Positions 29,923-40,633 of a stretch of DNA of 64,000 bases are shown in pieces. The stretch spans positions 1 to 64,000 of the IMG/VR virus record IMGVR_UViG_3300042465_007464. The stretch is one strand, 5' to 3'. Under the pieces are notes generated by a model. That model was not told the DNA's origin, did no database searches, and saw only the letters and a list, made by a program, of their open reading frames with translations. This DNA comes from a virus. The first letter of the stretch is position 1. Each line of letters starts with the position of its first letter. The translations under genes were made by a program, and so were the position numbers.

Positions 29923-30168
29923 TCAACGTGTAGGTTTTGGTCTAGGTACTGTTTTTGTGGATTTGCGTGCTGCAAGTTTCTGCATTTGTTCTTCTGCTTG
30001 TGCATTTTGTGCATCTCGCATTTTATTGATTTTAGTAACCCAATAACGTCGTATATGCAATGGTAAATTGTATATGGTATCCCAGTCCCAACGACCGTCA
30101 CCTGCCCATATTAATTCATAAATCGTATCGTGTAATTGTACTTGGTCTTCTGGTTTAAAACCAAAAAA
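29923..30168 (-). CDS. Tail assembly chaperone extension ORF (probably reached by frameshift)
   Basis: Lies in the +1 frame overlapping the end of 30155..30934; W.WD.IYNLP...R..W motif. Confidence 0.6.
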   Translation of the reverse strand, partial: FFGFKPEDQVQLHDTIYELIWAGDGRWDWDTIYNLPLHIRRYWVTKINKMRDAQNAQAEEQMQKLAARKSTKTVPRPKPTR

Positions 30169-30934
30169 GGTCTGATCCAAGTTGAAACACAGAAGTGAAG
30201 GTGCTCCCATCTTCACCTTCGAATTCTACATTGTAATTGAAGCCCGGTAAATTGTTAACGAGATATTCACGAAACTCTCTGCTTGGTCCTGCAACAAATT
30301 CATACTTGATAAAATCGGATATGAAATTTTTGTCACGATTTCCATCAACTTCCATGATGCAAAGTTCCATTAATTGCGAAACTGCGCGATTTGGATCTAT
30401 TTGTTTGCTTTCACGTGCGGATATGTATTTGAATTTTATTTTGTTTTTAGTTTCCATTATCTCATAATCAAATTCACCGTTATCATCCGGTGTTAATGTG
30501 AATGGACGAAATGTTAAGGTACTTAAATCAACTGTACGAGTCAATTCCGTTTTAGTTTTAGGATCAGTAACTGATACTGGATATTTTTTTCCATAACCAA
30601 ATATACGAGCCGATACGATAAGGCCATCTCTATCTGCTGGAATGATATCAGACACATCGACTCCCGGGGTTACTACCAATGACTCCAATAATTTATCAAA
30701 TACTAAGTTGTTAGCAATATAAGTTGAATTAGTTAGTATGTCTTCTTCATATGCTGTCATGTGACGCATTTCGACCGTTCCAGCACTCAATGGAGATGAT
30801 TTTGGATATACAGCCCCGCCGCTTGGTAATTTTACAACTACAGGTGGTATACGAGTACGTTGTTTTTGTTCGTATTGTTGTCTTGCTAAATTGATAAGAT
30901 GTTGATCTTGTAAACGATCCGTCATTTGTGTCAT
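30155..30934 (-). CDS. Tail assembly chaperone / T4 gp26-like baseplate hub assembly protein
   Basis: LPSGG..YP, MTAYEEDIL, DR..L...ARI.GYG; sits between tube and TMP. Confidence 0.75.
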   Translation of the reverse strand: MTQMTDRLQDQHLINLARQQYEQKQRTRIPPVVVKLPSGGAVYPKSSPLSAGTVEMRHMTAYEEDILTNSTYIANNLVFDKLLESLVVTPGVDVSDIIPADRDGLIVSARIFGYGKKYPVSVTDPKTKTELTRTVDLSTLTFRPFTLTPDDNGEFDYEIMETKNKIKFKYISARESKQIDPNRAVSQLMELCIMEVDGNRDKNFISDFIKYEFVAGPSREFREYLVNNLPGFNYNVEFEGEDGSTFTSVFQLGSDLFWF

Positions 30935-30976
30935 GTTGTTCCTTTATAACTTCTTTAATATAAATATCAAGAACAC

Positions 30977-31006
30977 AAAAAATGGGAGATGTTTCCACCT
31001 CCCATT
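30977..31006 (-). terminator. Intrinsic terminator after tail tube
   Basis: AATGGGAGGTG-GAAA-CATCTCCCATT followed by a T-tract. Confidence 0.8.
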
Positions 31007-31027
31007 CTAGAAACTAGCGTCTTTTGA

Positions 31028-31567
31028 TTAGAAGTTCAATAACGCCCAATCATATCTTAATGTCATTTCAATCATTACAACATCTTCCGATGACCAATCC
31101 AATGAACCGAAATTTGTTTCTGTAATGAACGCATTTTTCAATGTCCATTTTTCAACTACTTCACCTAATGGAGAAAGTTGATTCAATGTAACTTCTTTTT
31201 GATACATTGATTTATATCCATCACGTCCCGTTGCCGACTCATGATGCAAACGAACCCATTCCATTACTGCTTGTGCTGAACTTGGAACAATTGCATCATA
31301 AAGTGTAAGTCCTATCGTGTTCCAAACTGACTTACCTTTTACATAACGTTGTACGTTAACATGATCTAATGCAATTTCACCATTTGTCATAGATGGTTTA
31401 GCAGTAGCTTTAACTAAGTATGCTGGAATATTGTTAATTTCCATGATGAATTGATGTTGACGTTTTGGTTCCCAAGAATATGCCTTATCCCAGAAATTCA
31501 ATTCCGTTCCATAATCAGCATAATTAGTTCCCGGGTTTGCGGTATTTAATAAATCTTGTAATGCCAT
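31028..31567 (-). CDS. Tail tube protein (gp19-like)
   Basis: EPKR..QF, GK..W, W....H...TG..GY...Y.K, E.W.L..AF, L.YD. Confidence 0.92.
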   Translation of the reverse strand: MALQDLLNTANPGTNYADYGTELNFWDKAYSWEPKRQHQFIMEINNIPAYLVKATAKPSMTNGEIALDHVNVQRYVKGKSVWNTIGLTLYDAIVPSSAQAVMEWVRLHHESATGRDGYKSMYQKEVTLNQLSPLGEVVEKWTLKNAFITETNFGSLDWSSEDVVMIEMTLRYDWALLNF

Positions 31568-31608
31568 GTTACATTGTCCTTTATTTTAATTATAAATATC
31601 AGCAAAGT

Positions 31609-31636
31609 AAAAAAGGCAGAACCGAAATTCTGCCTT
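31609..31636 (-). terminator. Intrinsic terminator after sheath
   Basis: AAGGCAGAAT-TTCG-GTTCTGCC followed by T6. Confidence 0.8.
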
Positions 31637-31662
31637 GTTTGTGTTTTTATTTGTTTTGAATC

Positions 31663-34128
31663 TTATTGTGGGAATTCGGCACCTGTCGGTTGAATGTTGA
31701 AATCCAAAATAATGAATTCAGCCGTACGAGTCGGTTGCAAGAATAATTGTCCGTACAAGATATTTTGATCTATCAAATCCGGAGTATTATTTGATTCATC
31801 CATTACTACTCGGAACGCATAAAGACCTTGATTAGATTTTACTTGATCCAAATATGGATTAACTATGCTAACGAATCTTTGACGAGTTGCTGATACATTT
31901 TGTTCAAATACCAAATAACGTGTCGCACTTGCAATGTATTTTTTAACCGTAATTAACAATCGACGTACATTTACTCGATCCAATGCAGATTTATTGCCTT
32001 GAAGCGTTTTTTGACCCCAAACAACTACACCCTCATTAGGGAATGATGCAATTGGATTAATACGTGCTTCATACAATGTATCACGCATTGCTTGTGATAA
32101 GTTTATGTATGTTTGAGTTACGTTTGTTAAACCTCCACGAGTCAAACCTGCAGGTGCATACCATGGAGCAGCAACACTATCATTGTATGCCAATACTCCT
32201 GGTACTACTACGCTTGGTGGAACCCATACTGGTAAATTGTTTGATGGATTCACAATTCTTACCCAAGGATAATAAGTTGCTGTGTAATTGCTATCCAACG
32301 TTGATACTTGATTAACTGCAGTTGCAATTGAATCTGTTTGTGCGTTGCTATCCATTACATAGAATGTATCTTGACGTCCTTCTGATAAATTACGTGCTGC
32401 TTCTGTTACTGACGGATGTAAGCTATCAATAATACCTGGCGTCAACAACATGTTCATATCATAATAATCTGTATTAGCTAACAAGTTGAATGCAGTTTGA
32501 TATGCCGTTGTACCTGCAGCATCGATATCTGTACAGTCAAATCCGAATGTATTAGCAGCAGTTATGTATTGTCCTGAAAATTTAGGAGTGTTTGGAGCTG
32601 AACCATCAAATCCTCCTTGGAATGGAACAATGAATTTACGAGTATCTAATGCAACATTTGCAGTGAATGAACCGGAATCTAACGCTCCACCAAGAGAACC
32701 TGTATATGGTGCTGTTGTTGAAGGATAACCAGCTTGTTTATTTTGACTACGATCACCTAAATAAAATGCGCTACCGCGGGTTGTTGAACCTGAATCTGGA
32801 ATTGGAGATAAATATGCTAAGTTATATCTTGCACTCGTATTATCAAATGCAAATCCAAAATAGTTATTAGGACTATATGTATTGCTACGTACTTGACTCG
32901 TATAATATGAAGGTGCAGTCCATCCAGCAGATATAGATCCAGATGCAGTTACATTTGGAATTGGTGCATATAATGCAGCGTGCCCAAACGGAATCAATGT
33001 TTTATCATTAGTGCGATTTGTAACTGCTTTAGTTACTTCAACACGAATAAAATTAGATAGATTTTCATAATCGCCGTTAACTACAACATCACCCGCAGAT
33101 GTAATTGTTCTATAACGATCACCAATTTTTTTCACTATGTAGTTTGATGATAATGGATTCAAATTACAATTTGTAAACGTTTCAACTACTTCAGGTTGTT
33201 TATCAGTATCAGCCGATTTATATGGAGAATTTGGAATATTTGTAGTATTAACTCTACGTACAACTACCGTAAAATCTCCATATCCTTGTGGATCTCCCGT
33301 TTCTGTGCTAGTACGAATATCACGTATTCCTACTTTTACTTCATGACTAACTGATGTACCATGTGATAATGTATGAAAACGGAACAAATCTTTAGTTACG
33401 GTACCAATCTGTTGTGACGTAATCCAAGGAGTTGTTGCATATTGATATGTAGTAGAAAAATCATATGTTGGTATGATTGCTAATGACATTGTCATTTGGC
33501 TGTAATTTGCAAATGAAAGATTTGCATCATACTGTGCATATACTGGGAAATCAATTGATTTCGGTGATGATCCAAATAACTTGGATACATATTGATTACT
33601 CGATGGATTAATTGAACATGTAAAGCCTTTACCTTCACCAATCGTCCAAGAACCGTCCCACCCTAATGCATCTGTTGCACCTAATGCAGTAAATGAACCA
33701 GATAATGTTAATGTAAATGATCCACTACCTAAATTTTGTAAACTAGAAGATTCAAATCCAGTTCCAGATACAACTTGCGTTGGATGTAATACGTGTGTTA
33801 CATATGAAGTAGAACCAGTTTTAGCAACTACGGCTAATACTCCATTTGTTAAAGAATATCCTGTTGAATTCAAAATACGCGTAACTGTCATTGCAGTTCC
33901 ACCATTTTTAAAATAATCAGCTACAACAAATGGAACGTACGATTCATCCGTATAAGATCCATATATTCTTGTAAATTCTTCATAAGACCTAACTGTTGTA
34001 GGTATAAATGCAGGACCTTTTACGGTCGGTCCTACGATTGCTGCACCAATTGATTGAATTGCTGCGGGTAATTGCGATTGGTCAATCTCACGTGTAAATA
34101 CGCCAGGTGACACTATTCTTTCTGCCAT
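31663..34128 (-). CDS. Tail sheath protein (gp18-like)
   Basis: SPGVFTREID, W.APAG..RG, LY...INPI, WGQKT, RVNVRRL and P....EFI. Confidence 0.96.
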   Translation of the reverse strand: MAERIVSPGVFTREIDQSQLPAAIQSIGAAIVGPTVKGPAFIPTTVRSYEEFTRIYGSYTDESYVPFVVADYFKNGGTAMTVTRILNSTGYSLTNGVLAVVAKTGSTSYVTHVLHPTQVVSGTGFESSSLQNLGSGSFTLTLSGSFTALGATDALGWDGSWTIGEGKGFTCSINPSSNQYVSKLFGSSPKSIDFPVYAQYDANLSFANYSQMTMSLAIIPTYDFSTTYQYATTPWITSQQIGTVTKDLFRFHTLSHGTSVSHEVKVGIRDIRTSTETGDPQGYGDFTVVVRRVNTTNIPNSPYKSADTDKQPEVVETFTNCNLNPLSSNYIVKKIGDRYRTITSAGDVVVNGDYENLSNFIRVEVTKAVTNRTNDKTLIPFGHAALYAPIPNVTASGSISAGWTAPSYYTSQVRSNTYSPNNYFGFAFDNTSARYNLAYLSPIPDSGSTTRGSAFYLGDRSQNKQAGYPSTTAPYTGSLGGALDSGSFTANVALDTRKFIVPFQGGFDGSAPNTPKFSGQYITAANTFGFDCTDIDAAGTTAYQTAFNLLANTDYYDMNMLLTPGIIDSLHPSVTEAARNLSEGRQDTFYVMDSNAQTDSIATAVNQVSTLDSNYTATYYPWVRIVNPSNNLPVWVPPSVVVPGVLAYNDSVAAPWYAPAGLTRGGLTNVTQTYINLSQAMRDTLYEARINPIASFPNEGVVVWGQKTLQGNKSALDRVNVRRLLITVKKYIASATRYLVFEQNVSATRQRFVSIVNPYLDQVKSNQGLYAFRVVMDESNNTPDLIDQNILYGQLFLQPTRTAEFIILDFNIQPTGAEFPQ

Positions 34129-34181
34129 TAATATACTCCTTGTTTCTTTTTATTAATAAATATGGATCATGTACACCAAAC

Positions 34182-34451
34182 TTATTCTGCAGGAGTGAAT
34201 GTGCCGGCAGTTACGTCTATTTGACCTTCGCCGTAATGTTCTTTGAGTTGTGCAATCAATGCAGTTTCTTGATCTCGCAATGCGTCAAATTGTTGCAAAA
34301 CGTTGACTTGCATTTGTTGTATCGATTTCAATTGCGTTTCTGCATAGTGTAAATCTATTGCAATGCGTCCTAATTGTGTGGAATTTTCTGCGTATTGTGC
34401 TTGCAATTTTTGTATTGCATCTACATGGTCCGCATCTAATTTGCGTGTCAT
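34182..34451 (-). CDS. Small coiled-coil protein (YG.G.ID..TG.F C-terminus)
   Basis: AAAGGA RBS and promoter at 34472-34500. Confidence 0.75.
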   Translation of the reverse strand: MTRKLDADHVDAIQKLQAQYAENSTQLGRIAIDLHYAETQLKSIQQMQVNVLQQFDALRDQETALIAQLKEHYGEGQIDVTAGTFTPAE

Positions 34452-34471
34452 AACTGTTGTCCTTTCTAGTT

Positions 34472-34500
34472 ATTATAATGAATTTTTTTATTAAGTCCAA
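34472..34500 (-). promoter_or_regulatory. Early/middle promoter TTGGAC-N17-TATAAT
   Basis: Recurrent motif. Confidence 0.6.
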
Positions 34501-37500
34501 TCGTTAGATGGTCTAAATTTGAAGATCCATATTGCGCCGGATTCAGTAGATTGATAATAACAATGTCCTAAACGACGGATATAGTTGCCACCAGGTATGT
34601 TAGTATCCATTTCACCCGAAGTGGTTCCATTTTTAATGTATACAACTAAACCGTGATCGACATTTGAAATTATAGGTCCATTTGTTCCGTTATCATCTTG
34701 TAATATATTACCTTCTAGTAATACTAAATTACTGTCTAAATAAATTCCTAACATGCGAGTTGCTAATTGTGTCGTTTGGTCTACAGCATACCACGTACCG
34801 TCATTTTCTAATGCTACTAAATTAAACTGAGCAACACTGCCATTTACACTAGCAACTTCAATTACTTCACCATCCCAGTTTGGTTTATTTATTGTGAACG
34901 ATTCTTGTGTAGTTAATGCAATAGTTTTTCTAAAAAAGTAAGGTGTTTTTATACTATAATTTAAAGATGGTGCTTCCCATTCAAATGATGCAACAGCTGT
35001 GCTATCTATTAATTGTCTATTTGTAGTGTCTAACGCGCCAGTTACGATTAAAGATCCCGTTATAATTACGCTTCCAGAGGTAGTCAATGATCCTGTTATA
35101 ATTACGCTTCCAGACCCATTTGTATTAAAGTTTGAATCGCCTCTAAAAACGCCAGCATCATTGTATTGTATATTATTAGTACTACCACCAGGAGTACCTC
35201 CACCACCTCCACCATTTAATGCATATGATGCAGTTAGTGCATATGATGCGGAAGTTACGGTTCCTACTACTCGAGATGCCGTAATAAATGAAGCTGTACT
35301 AGCAAATGAAGCTGATGTTGCAAATGATGATGTTACGGCACGAGATGATGATATGGCAAAGGATGCCGTCAATACACTACTTGTACCGGATGGTCCGAAT
35401 ACATTGGATGCTGTTATGAATGATGCAGTTAATGCAAATGATGATGTTACGGCACGAGATGCAGATACCGCATTTAAAACATACGATGCTGAAGTTGCTG
35501 TTCCAGTTAGATTACCTACAACGGTTGCTACTGTTAGAGTGTTGAATTTTGGATTATATGAAAGTGCATCACTTCCGCTATCCATATACTCTAGAGTTGT
35601 TACTGAATCAAGTGTGGAGGCAGTTGCAAATAATACGTAATACGTTGCATCAGCATCTGTATTTTTACCAATAGTCACTGCACTTGCCGTTGCTGCTACT
35701 AATGCATTATTTGCCCAACTTGCAGTTCCGTATAAACTACCTGTTATATTAGGTGCATTTAAAGAACCAGTTACGTTTTGGCTACCTGAAACGATTACCG
35801 TTCCAATTAAAGTTTGCGTATCGTTAACAGCATCGCCGAATTGATTCGAACCGGAAGAGTATATTACAGATGCAGTTTCATATGTCGTATTAAGATATGT
35901 AAATGAAGCCGTACCATTAAGGGTTAGATTACCATTAAATGTTAAATTCTGATTCAACGTATTCAAGTATGATGCTGTTAACGTAGTTATCGCAGTTTGT
36001 GCAATGTCAGCAAATGAAGCGGTACCAAACAACGATCCCGTAATACCACTTCCACTAACTAGCAATGATCCTGTAATTACCGCATCGCCAACGTATGGAA
36101 ATCCTGCTCCGCTGCCACCGCCATTCATGGCATATGATGCCGTTAAAGCGTATGAAGATGATATTGCATTTGATACATAAGATGCCGTTGTTGCGAAAGA
36201 TGCCGTACCTGATAAACTACCCGTAATTGATGATGCTAATAAAGAGCCTGTTACAGTTAAACCGTTTGTATAATTACCTGAACCTGATACATCTAACCCA
36301 TATGTTGGATCGGGTTGATTGATTCCAACAAGTGCATTTACAGAACCGCTAATAGTTTCTAATAACGTGTTTCCTGAAATTCCTAAATATAAATTTCTTG
36401 CAAAGATCACACTACCTATATTCATGCTACGCGTGGATCCACTTGGTAATGTTATGTTATTACCGATTATAATGTTACCTTGTCCTAATAAAAATCCTGA
36501 AGATAATATATCGGCATTTCTTCCTGCATTTGGTCCTATAAACGTAGATAAACTAGCAGATGGTTGTCCGTAGCCGGCACTTGAACCGATAAAGGTTGAA
36601 TTGTTTGCTAGTTTAGCATTCTGTCCGGCAGCATTCCCTATAAATGTTGAGCCTCGTAAGTTTATTGCATTGTATCCGGCATTGTAACCTATAAACGTAC
36701 CATTAGTTGTGTCAGAGTTCGGATCTAAATTACCGTTATAACCAGCTTCATAACCTATACTTACTGATAAACTTGAAGTTTTTACAAATCCACCTGCAGC
36801 ATACCCTATGTTAACAGACTGATCCGAATTCACAGACGTATATCCCGAACTATTTCCAATATATATTGAGTCACTACCTGATGTTGCGCCGCCACCAGCA
36901 TCTTGACCAATAAAAATAGATTTGGCTGCAAATTTTGCTGATACGCCGGCATTTTGTCCAATAGCTACAATAGATTCAGTTGATACATTACTAGACACTG
37001 ACAGTTCATAATATCCCGGGATAAAGCTGAACAATGAACTACCAGTAGATGCTAGTCTAGCATTTTCTACAAACGATGCGGTAGCTGCATATTGTACGTA
37101 ACTGGCAGTTTCAACAAATGATGCTGAAATTATTCGTGATGCGGTATCGACAAAACTTGCTGATACTACTCGAGATGCAGTTACTACAAAATCTGCATAC
37201 GTTACAAAACTTGAAGTAATTACGCGCGATGCAGTTTCAACAAAACTTGCTGATATTACTCGCGATGCGGTTGCAACAAAACTTGCTGATATTACTCGCG
37301 ATGCGGTTGCAACTGTGTTATTTTCTGATAAGAAGTTTACATATGATGCGGTTGCAACAAAACTTGCCGATTCTACAAAACTTGCTGTTACTACACGCGA
37401 TGCCGTTGCAACGAAACTTGCTGATACTACTCGAGATGCAGTTACTACAAAATCTGCATACGTTACAAAACTTGAAGTAATTACGCGCGATGCAGTTTCA

Positions 37501-39422
37501 ACAAAACTTGCTGAAATAGATCTGGATACGAAACTTGCAGTTAAAACTAAACTAGCAGTTCTTGCCAAATTTGCCGTTTCTACATAACTTGCTGTAGTTA
37601 TATTGCTTAAAGTTCCTATGTATGATGCCGTACCAAAAAACGAACCGGAAAACGAACCGGAAAACGAACCTGTTCCTGCTAAGTTAGTACCATCGAAAAT
37701 TAATTTATCAACCCCACCGAATGTGTTGTTGTTATTATATTGTATTTGTGTGTTACTTCCACCTGGCGTACCTGCTCCACCACCTCCTCCACCGTTTAAA
37801 GCATATGAGGCTGTAATAGCATATGATGAGCTTATAACGCTGTTAGAACCAAATGGTCCAAATACATTTGATGCTGTTACAAAAGATGATGTTAAAGCGT
37901 TAGTTGTCCAACTTGATGTACCAATTAATGTTCCTGTAAATGAGCCACTAAATGAACCTGTATTACTTAAAAATTGATCTACTCTGTTAGCTGTTAATAT
38001 TACAGATGGGATACCTGGGTGTGTACCTGAGATTGATTCTGCAAGTAATCTTAGATCAGTATCAGCAGATAGCCATATAATTTGGTAATAATCTCCAGCG
38101 GCTGATGTTACAAACCAGTTCCAAGCTGCTACTTGTTTATCATTATTACCACTTAGTGTTAAGGTAGTTGCTGTATCAGTTAAATCAATTCCATTTTTAC
38201 GTAACCATATTACTATTTCATCTGCTCCACTATCTGTTTTATCTATTTGTGCTGAGAATTGTATGTTATATACCCCGGCATTAGTTGTTTTAATATATGT
38301 GTTGAAAGGACTTGTTGATCCTGATATTGATACTCCGTTTGTAATGTCTGTTGAATTAAAAGACATTGAACGAGGTATATTAGCTACTGGGTTTGTTTGG
38401 ATTGTAGTGTCATAAAAACTACCATATGAACCAGTTGCCGTATTAAATCCACCTCCTCCGGTCGAACTAATTGTTACTTGACCTAAACCATTTATTGGTG
38501 ATAGTGTTATATTTGATCCTGCTAATAGTTGAGTTACTCCCCCTCCAGATCCTGTATTCACAGTTATTGGGAATGTATTTCCATCACCTTTTGTAAATGT
38601 AATTGTATTTGAAGATATAGAAGCAGTTACTAATGCATTTGGTGCATATGACGTGGTTAAGGCATTTTCTGCCCAAGATGCAGTACCATATAAACTTCCG
38701 GTTATATTAGGTGCATTTAATGAACCTGTAACTTCTAAACTTCCGCTTACGATTGTTCGACCAATCAACGTTTGCGTATCGTTAACGGCATCGCCGAATT
38801 GATTCGAACCGGAAGAGTATATTACAGATGCAGTTTCGTACGTTACGGTTAAATATGAAATTGATGCAGTTCCATTTAGAGTTAAATTACCATTAATAAT
38901 TTGATTTCCATTAAATGTATTTGAACCAGTCGTTGCTAAACTTGACGACTGCGCCGTAAATATTGGATCTGTTTCTTGATAATATGATGCCGTTGCTGCA
39001 TGCGATGCGGATATGGAAAAACTAGAACTTATAGCATTTAAGACATATGATGCTGTTTGTGCATAAGATGAAGTTGTAGAACGCGAAGCTGATGTTGCAA
39101 ATGAAGCCGATGTTGCATTTAAAACATATGATGATGTAACGGAATTCGTTGCCCAACTCGATGTACCAAATACGCTACCCGTAAATGAACCTGTAAATGA
39201 ACCTGTTGCTCGTAATGTAGTTCCGTCATATGTTAATTTATCAACTCCACTAAACGTATTGTTGTTATTGTATTGTATCTGCGTATTGCTTCCACCCGGT
39301 GTAGTAGTTCCACCACCACCGCCTCCGCCATTCATAGCATACGATGCTGTTACGGCATAACTTGCCGAAATATTATATAAAGATCCTGTTTGTAATTGTC
39401 CTGGTTTGAACTGTCTTGCCAT
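34491..39422 (-). CDS. Long repeat-rich tail fibre / neck appendage protein
   Basis: ASYA/TGS repeats, three GGGG-PGGS.T.IQYN modules, a YadA-head-like IG..AG repeat region; start MARQFK at 39422. Confidence 0.75.
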   Translation of the reverse strand: MARQFKPGQLQTGSLYNISASYAVTASYAMNGGGGGGGTTTPGGSNTQIQYNNNNTFSGVDKLTYDGTTLRATGSFTGSFTGSVFGTSSWATNSVTSSYVLNATSASFATSASRSTTSSYAQTASYVLNAISSSFSISASHAATASYYQETDPIFTAQSSSLATTGSNTFNGNQIINGNLTLNGTASISYLTVTYETASVIYSSGSNQFGDAVNDTQTLIGRTIVSGSLEVTGSLNAPNITGSLYGTASWAENALTTSYAPNALVTASISSNTITFTKGDGNTFPITVNTGSGGGVTQLLAGSNITLSPINGLGQVTISSTGGGGFNTATGSYGSFYDTTIQTNPVANIPRSMSFNSTDITNGVSISGSTSPFNTYIKTTNAGVYNIQFSAQIDKTDSGADEIVIWLRKNGIDLTDTATTLTLSGNNDKQVAAWNWFVTSAAGDYYQIIWLSADTDLRLLAESISGTHPGIPSVILTANRVDQFLSNTGSFSGSFTGTLIGTSSWTTNALTSSFVTASNVFGPFGSNSVISSSYAITASYALNGGGGGGAGTPGGSNTQIQYNNNNTFGGVDKLIFDGTNLAGTGSFSGSFSGSFFGTASYIGTLSNITTASYVETANLARTASLVLTASFVSRSISASFVETASRVITSSFVTYADFVVTASRVVSASFVATASRVVTASFVESASFVATASYVNFLSENNTVATASRVISASFVATASRVISASFVETASRVITSSFVTYADFVVTASRVVSASFVDTASRIISASFVETASYVQYAATASFVENARLASTGSSLFSFIPGYYELSVSSNVSTESIVAIGQNAGVSAKFAAKSIFIGQDAGGGATSGSDSIYIGNSSGYTSVNSDQSVNIGYAAGGFVKTSSLSVSIGYEAGYNGNLDPNSDTTNGTFIGYNAGYNAINLRGSTFIGNAAGQNAKLANNSTFIGSSAGYGQPSASLSTFIGPNAGRNADILSSGFLLGQGNIIIGNNITLPSGSTRSMNIGSVIFARNLYLGISGNTLLETISGSVNALVGINQPDPTYGLDVSGSGNYTNGLTVTGSLLASSITGSLSGTASFATTASYVSNAISSSYALTASYAMNGGGSGAGFPYVGDAVITGSLLVSGSGITGSLFGTASFADIAQTAITTLTASYLNTLNQNLTFNGNLTLNGTASFTYLNTTYETASVIYSSGSNQFGDAVNDTQTLIGTVIVSGSQNVTGSLNAPNITGSLYGTASWANNALVAATASAVTIGKNTDADATYYVLFATASTLDSVTTLEYMDSGSDALSYNPKFNTLTVATVVGNLTGTATSASYVLNAVSASRAVTSSFALTASFITASNVFGPSGTSSVLTASFAISSSRAVTSSFATSASFASTASFITASRVVGTVTSASYALTASYALNGGGGGGTPGGSTNNIQYNDAGVFRGDSNFNTNGSGSVIITGSLTTSGSVIITGSLIVTGALDTTNRQLIDSTAVASFEWEAPSLNYSIKTPYFFRKTIALTTQESFTINKPNWDGEVIEVASVNGSVAQFNLVALENDGTWYAVDQTTQLATRMLGIYLDSNLVLLEGNILQDDNGTNGPIISNVDHGLVVYIKNGTTSGEMDTNIPGGNYIRRLGHCYYQSTESGAIWIFKFRPSNDWT
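35812..38837. repeat. 68-nt dispersed direct repeat (35812-35879 and 38770-38837, one mismatch)
   Basis: Encodes ETASVIYSSGSNQFGDAVNDTQT twice. Confidence 0.9.
37081..37590. repeat. Hexapeptide AS[FRY]Vx[ST] repeat array including an exact 101-nt duplication (37153-37253 and 37414-37514)
   Basis: Read directly from the sequence; offset 261 nt keeps the frame. Confidence 0.9.
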
Positions 39423-39424
39423 TA

Positions 39425-40633
39425 TTATGCCCACCTTCCATTAATAATTATCGTATCGGTGGAATCTATGGTGTAACCTAATGTTGAAGTATCAAACACG
39501 ATGCTTTGTGTCGTTGTGGTTGGAGTCCATGTGTAAACTGCTTTATCTATGTATTGTCCGTTAATGTATACGTTGAATTCGTTTTTAGTTGCAGCTGCTC
39601 CAGTAACTGGATTTGTTGCTGCAGCTGTGGAAACAGTAACAGTTGTTGATGTTGACCACGTTGCAATTTGATCCGACAATTCGGTTAAATATGATAAAGT
39701 TGCCGCATCTAATGTTCCTGTCGTTGCGCCAGTAACCCGTATCGTCTGTGCAGTACTTGCAATTCGCAATATTGGTGCAGGTACCGTGGTCGTGCTAAAT
39801 AAGTCTACATCTACATCTACAACTGAATCAAATGTTAATTTTTTAACTGAATACATTTTTTTAAGAGTTGATATGCGACTTTCTTGTGCGGATAATAAAG
39901 TACCTTGCACCGTTAATGGTACTGTAGCACGAACCAAACGATCTTCTCCAACCGTGTTTACGGTTTCAAATGAAAATTGTCCTATCGCCGTTGGAAATTT
40001 ATTTCCTTCATTACCCCAAGAAAAACGTCCATATGGTAATATTTGATCTACTAATGCGTTCATTTGTGTGGAAAAATCACACCATAACATCATTTCATAT
40101 TCAACAGTTACATATTTAGGAATATCAATTACGTATATTTTTTCCGATGATTGTGGTTGATTTGTTGGTATTGGAAACAATTCATCTTCATATTGATTGC
40201 GTTTGTTGTAACGTGCTTTATGTGTAAGATAGTTTCCCGTTTGTGGACGATTAACATCCAACGTACGTTGCGTATCTCGTTCCATTACACTGCCTCGTTT
40301 CAACATGATAACGGGAGATTGCAACATTCCTTTTTCATCTCGCAAATAACCTAAACGTCGTACGTTATCCCATTTTTCTCCGTTTGCAAAAATAACAGGT
40401 ACTGGTATGATTTCTTTGTTTGATTCGATTTGCGGACGTATTTCATTGTCTACGTACCATTTAATAGCATAATCAATATCATAAACCGTACGTTGTTTGG
40501 TACGAATCACATCGTCATCTCGTCGAGTTTGCATCGATCGATTCAACAATTGATCTGGAGTCAATCCTTCCGTTGTAGTAGGATTGGGTTTGTTAGTTTT
40601 ACGATCGATATTTTCTCTATTAAACTTTGGCAT
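39425..40633 (-). CDS. Tail terminator / neck protein (gp15-like) with Thr-rich C-terminal extension
   Basis: VPVIFANGEKW, P.I...R, P.YV.V.Y....W; synteny after gp13/gp14-like genes. Confidence 0.7.
   Translation of the reverse strand: MPKFNRENIDRKTNKPNPTTTEGLTPDQLLNRSMQTRRDDDVIRTKQRTVYDIDYAIKWYVDNEIRPQIESNKEIIPVPVIFANGEKWDNVRRLGYLRDEKGMLQSPVIMLKRGSVMERDTQRTLDVNRPQTGNYLTHKARYNKRNQYEDELFPIPTNQPQSSEKIYVIDIPKYVTVEYEMMLWCDFSTQMNALVDQILPYGRFSWGNEGNKFPTAIGQFSFETVNTVGEDRLVRATVPLTVQGTLLSAQESRISTLKKMYSVKKLTFDSVVDVDVDLFSTTTVPAPILRIASTAQTIRVTGATTGTLDAATLSYLTELSDQIATWSTSTTVTVSTAAATNPVTGAAATKNEFNVYINGQYIDKAVYTWTPTTTTQSIVFDTSTLGYTIDSTDTIIINGRWA

Noticed and set aside
29913-30101. Alternative minus-strand ORF overlapping the chaperone extension (the -1 frame product)
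   Set aside because: It is not open back to the slippery site and lacks the conserved-looking W.W..IY.LP motif of the +1 frame.
37081-37590. Periodic repeats as a CRISPR array
   Set aside because: They are in-frame coding hexapeptide repeats with no unique spacers and no cas genes.
35812-38837. Near-identical repeat pair as DGR template/variable region
   Set aside because: Only one mismatch, both copies are internal to one CDS, and there is no reverse transcriptase in the window.
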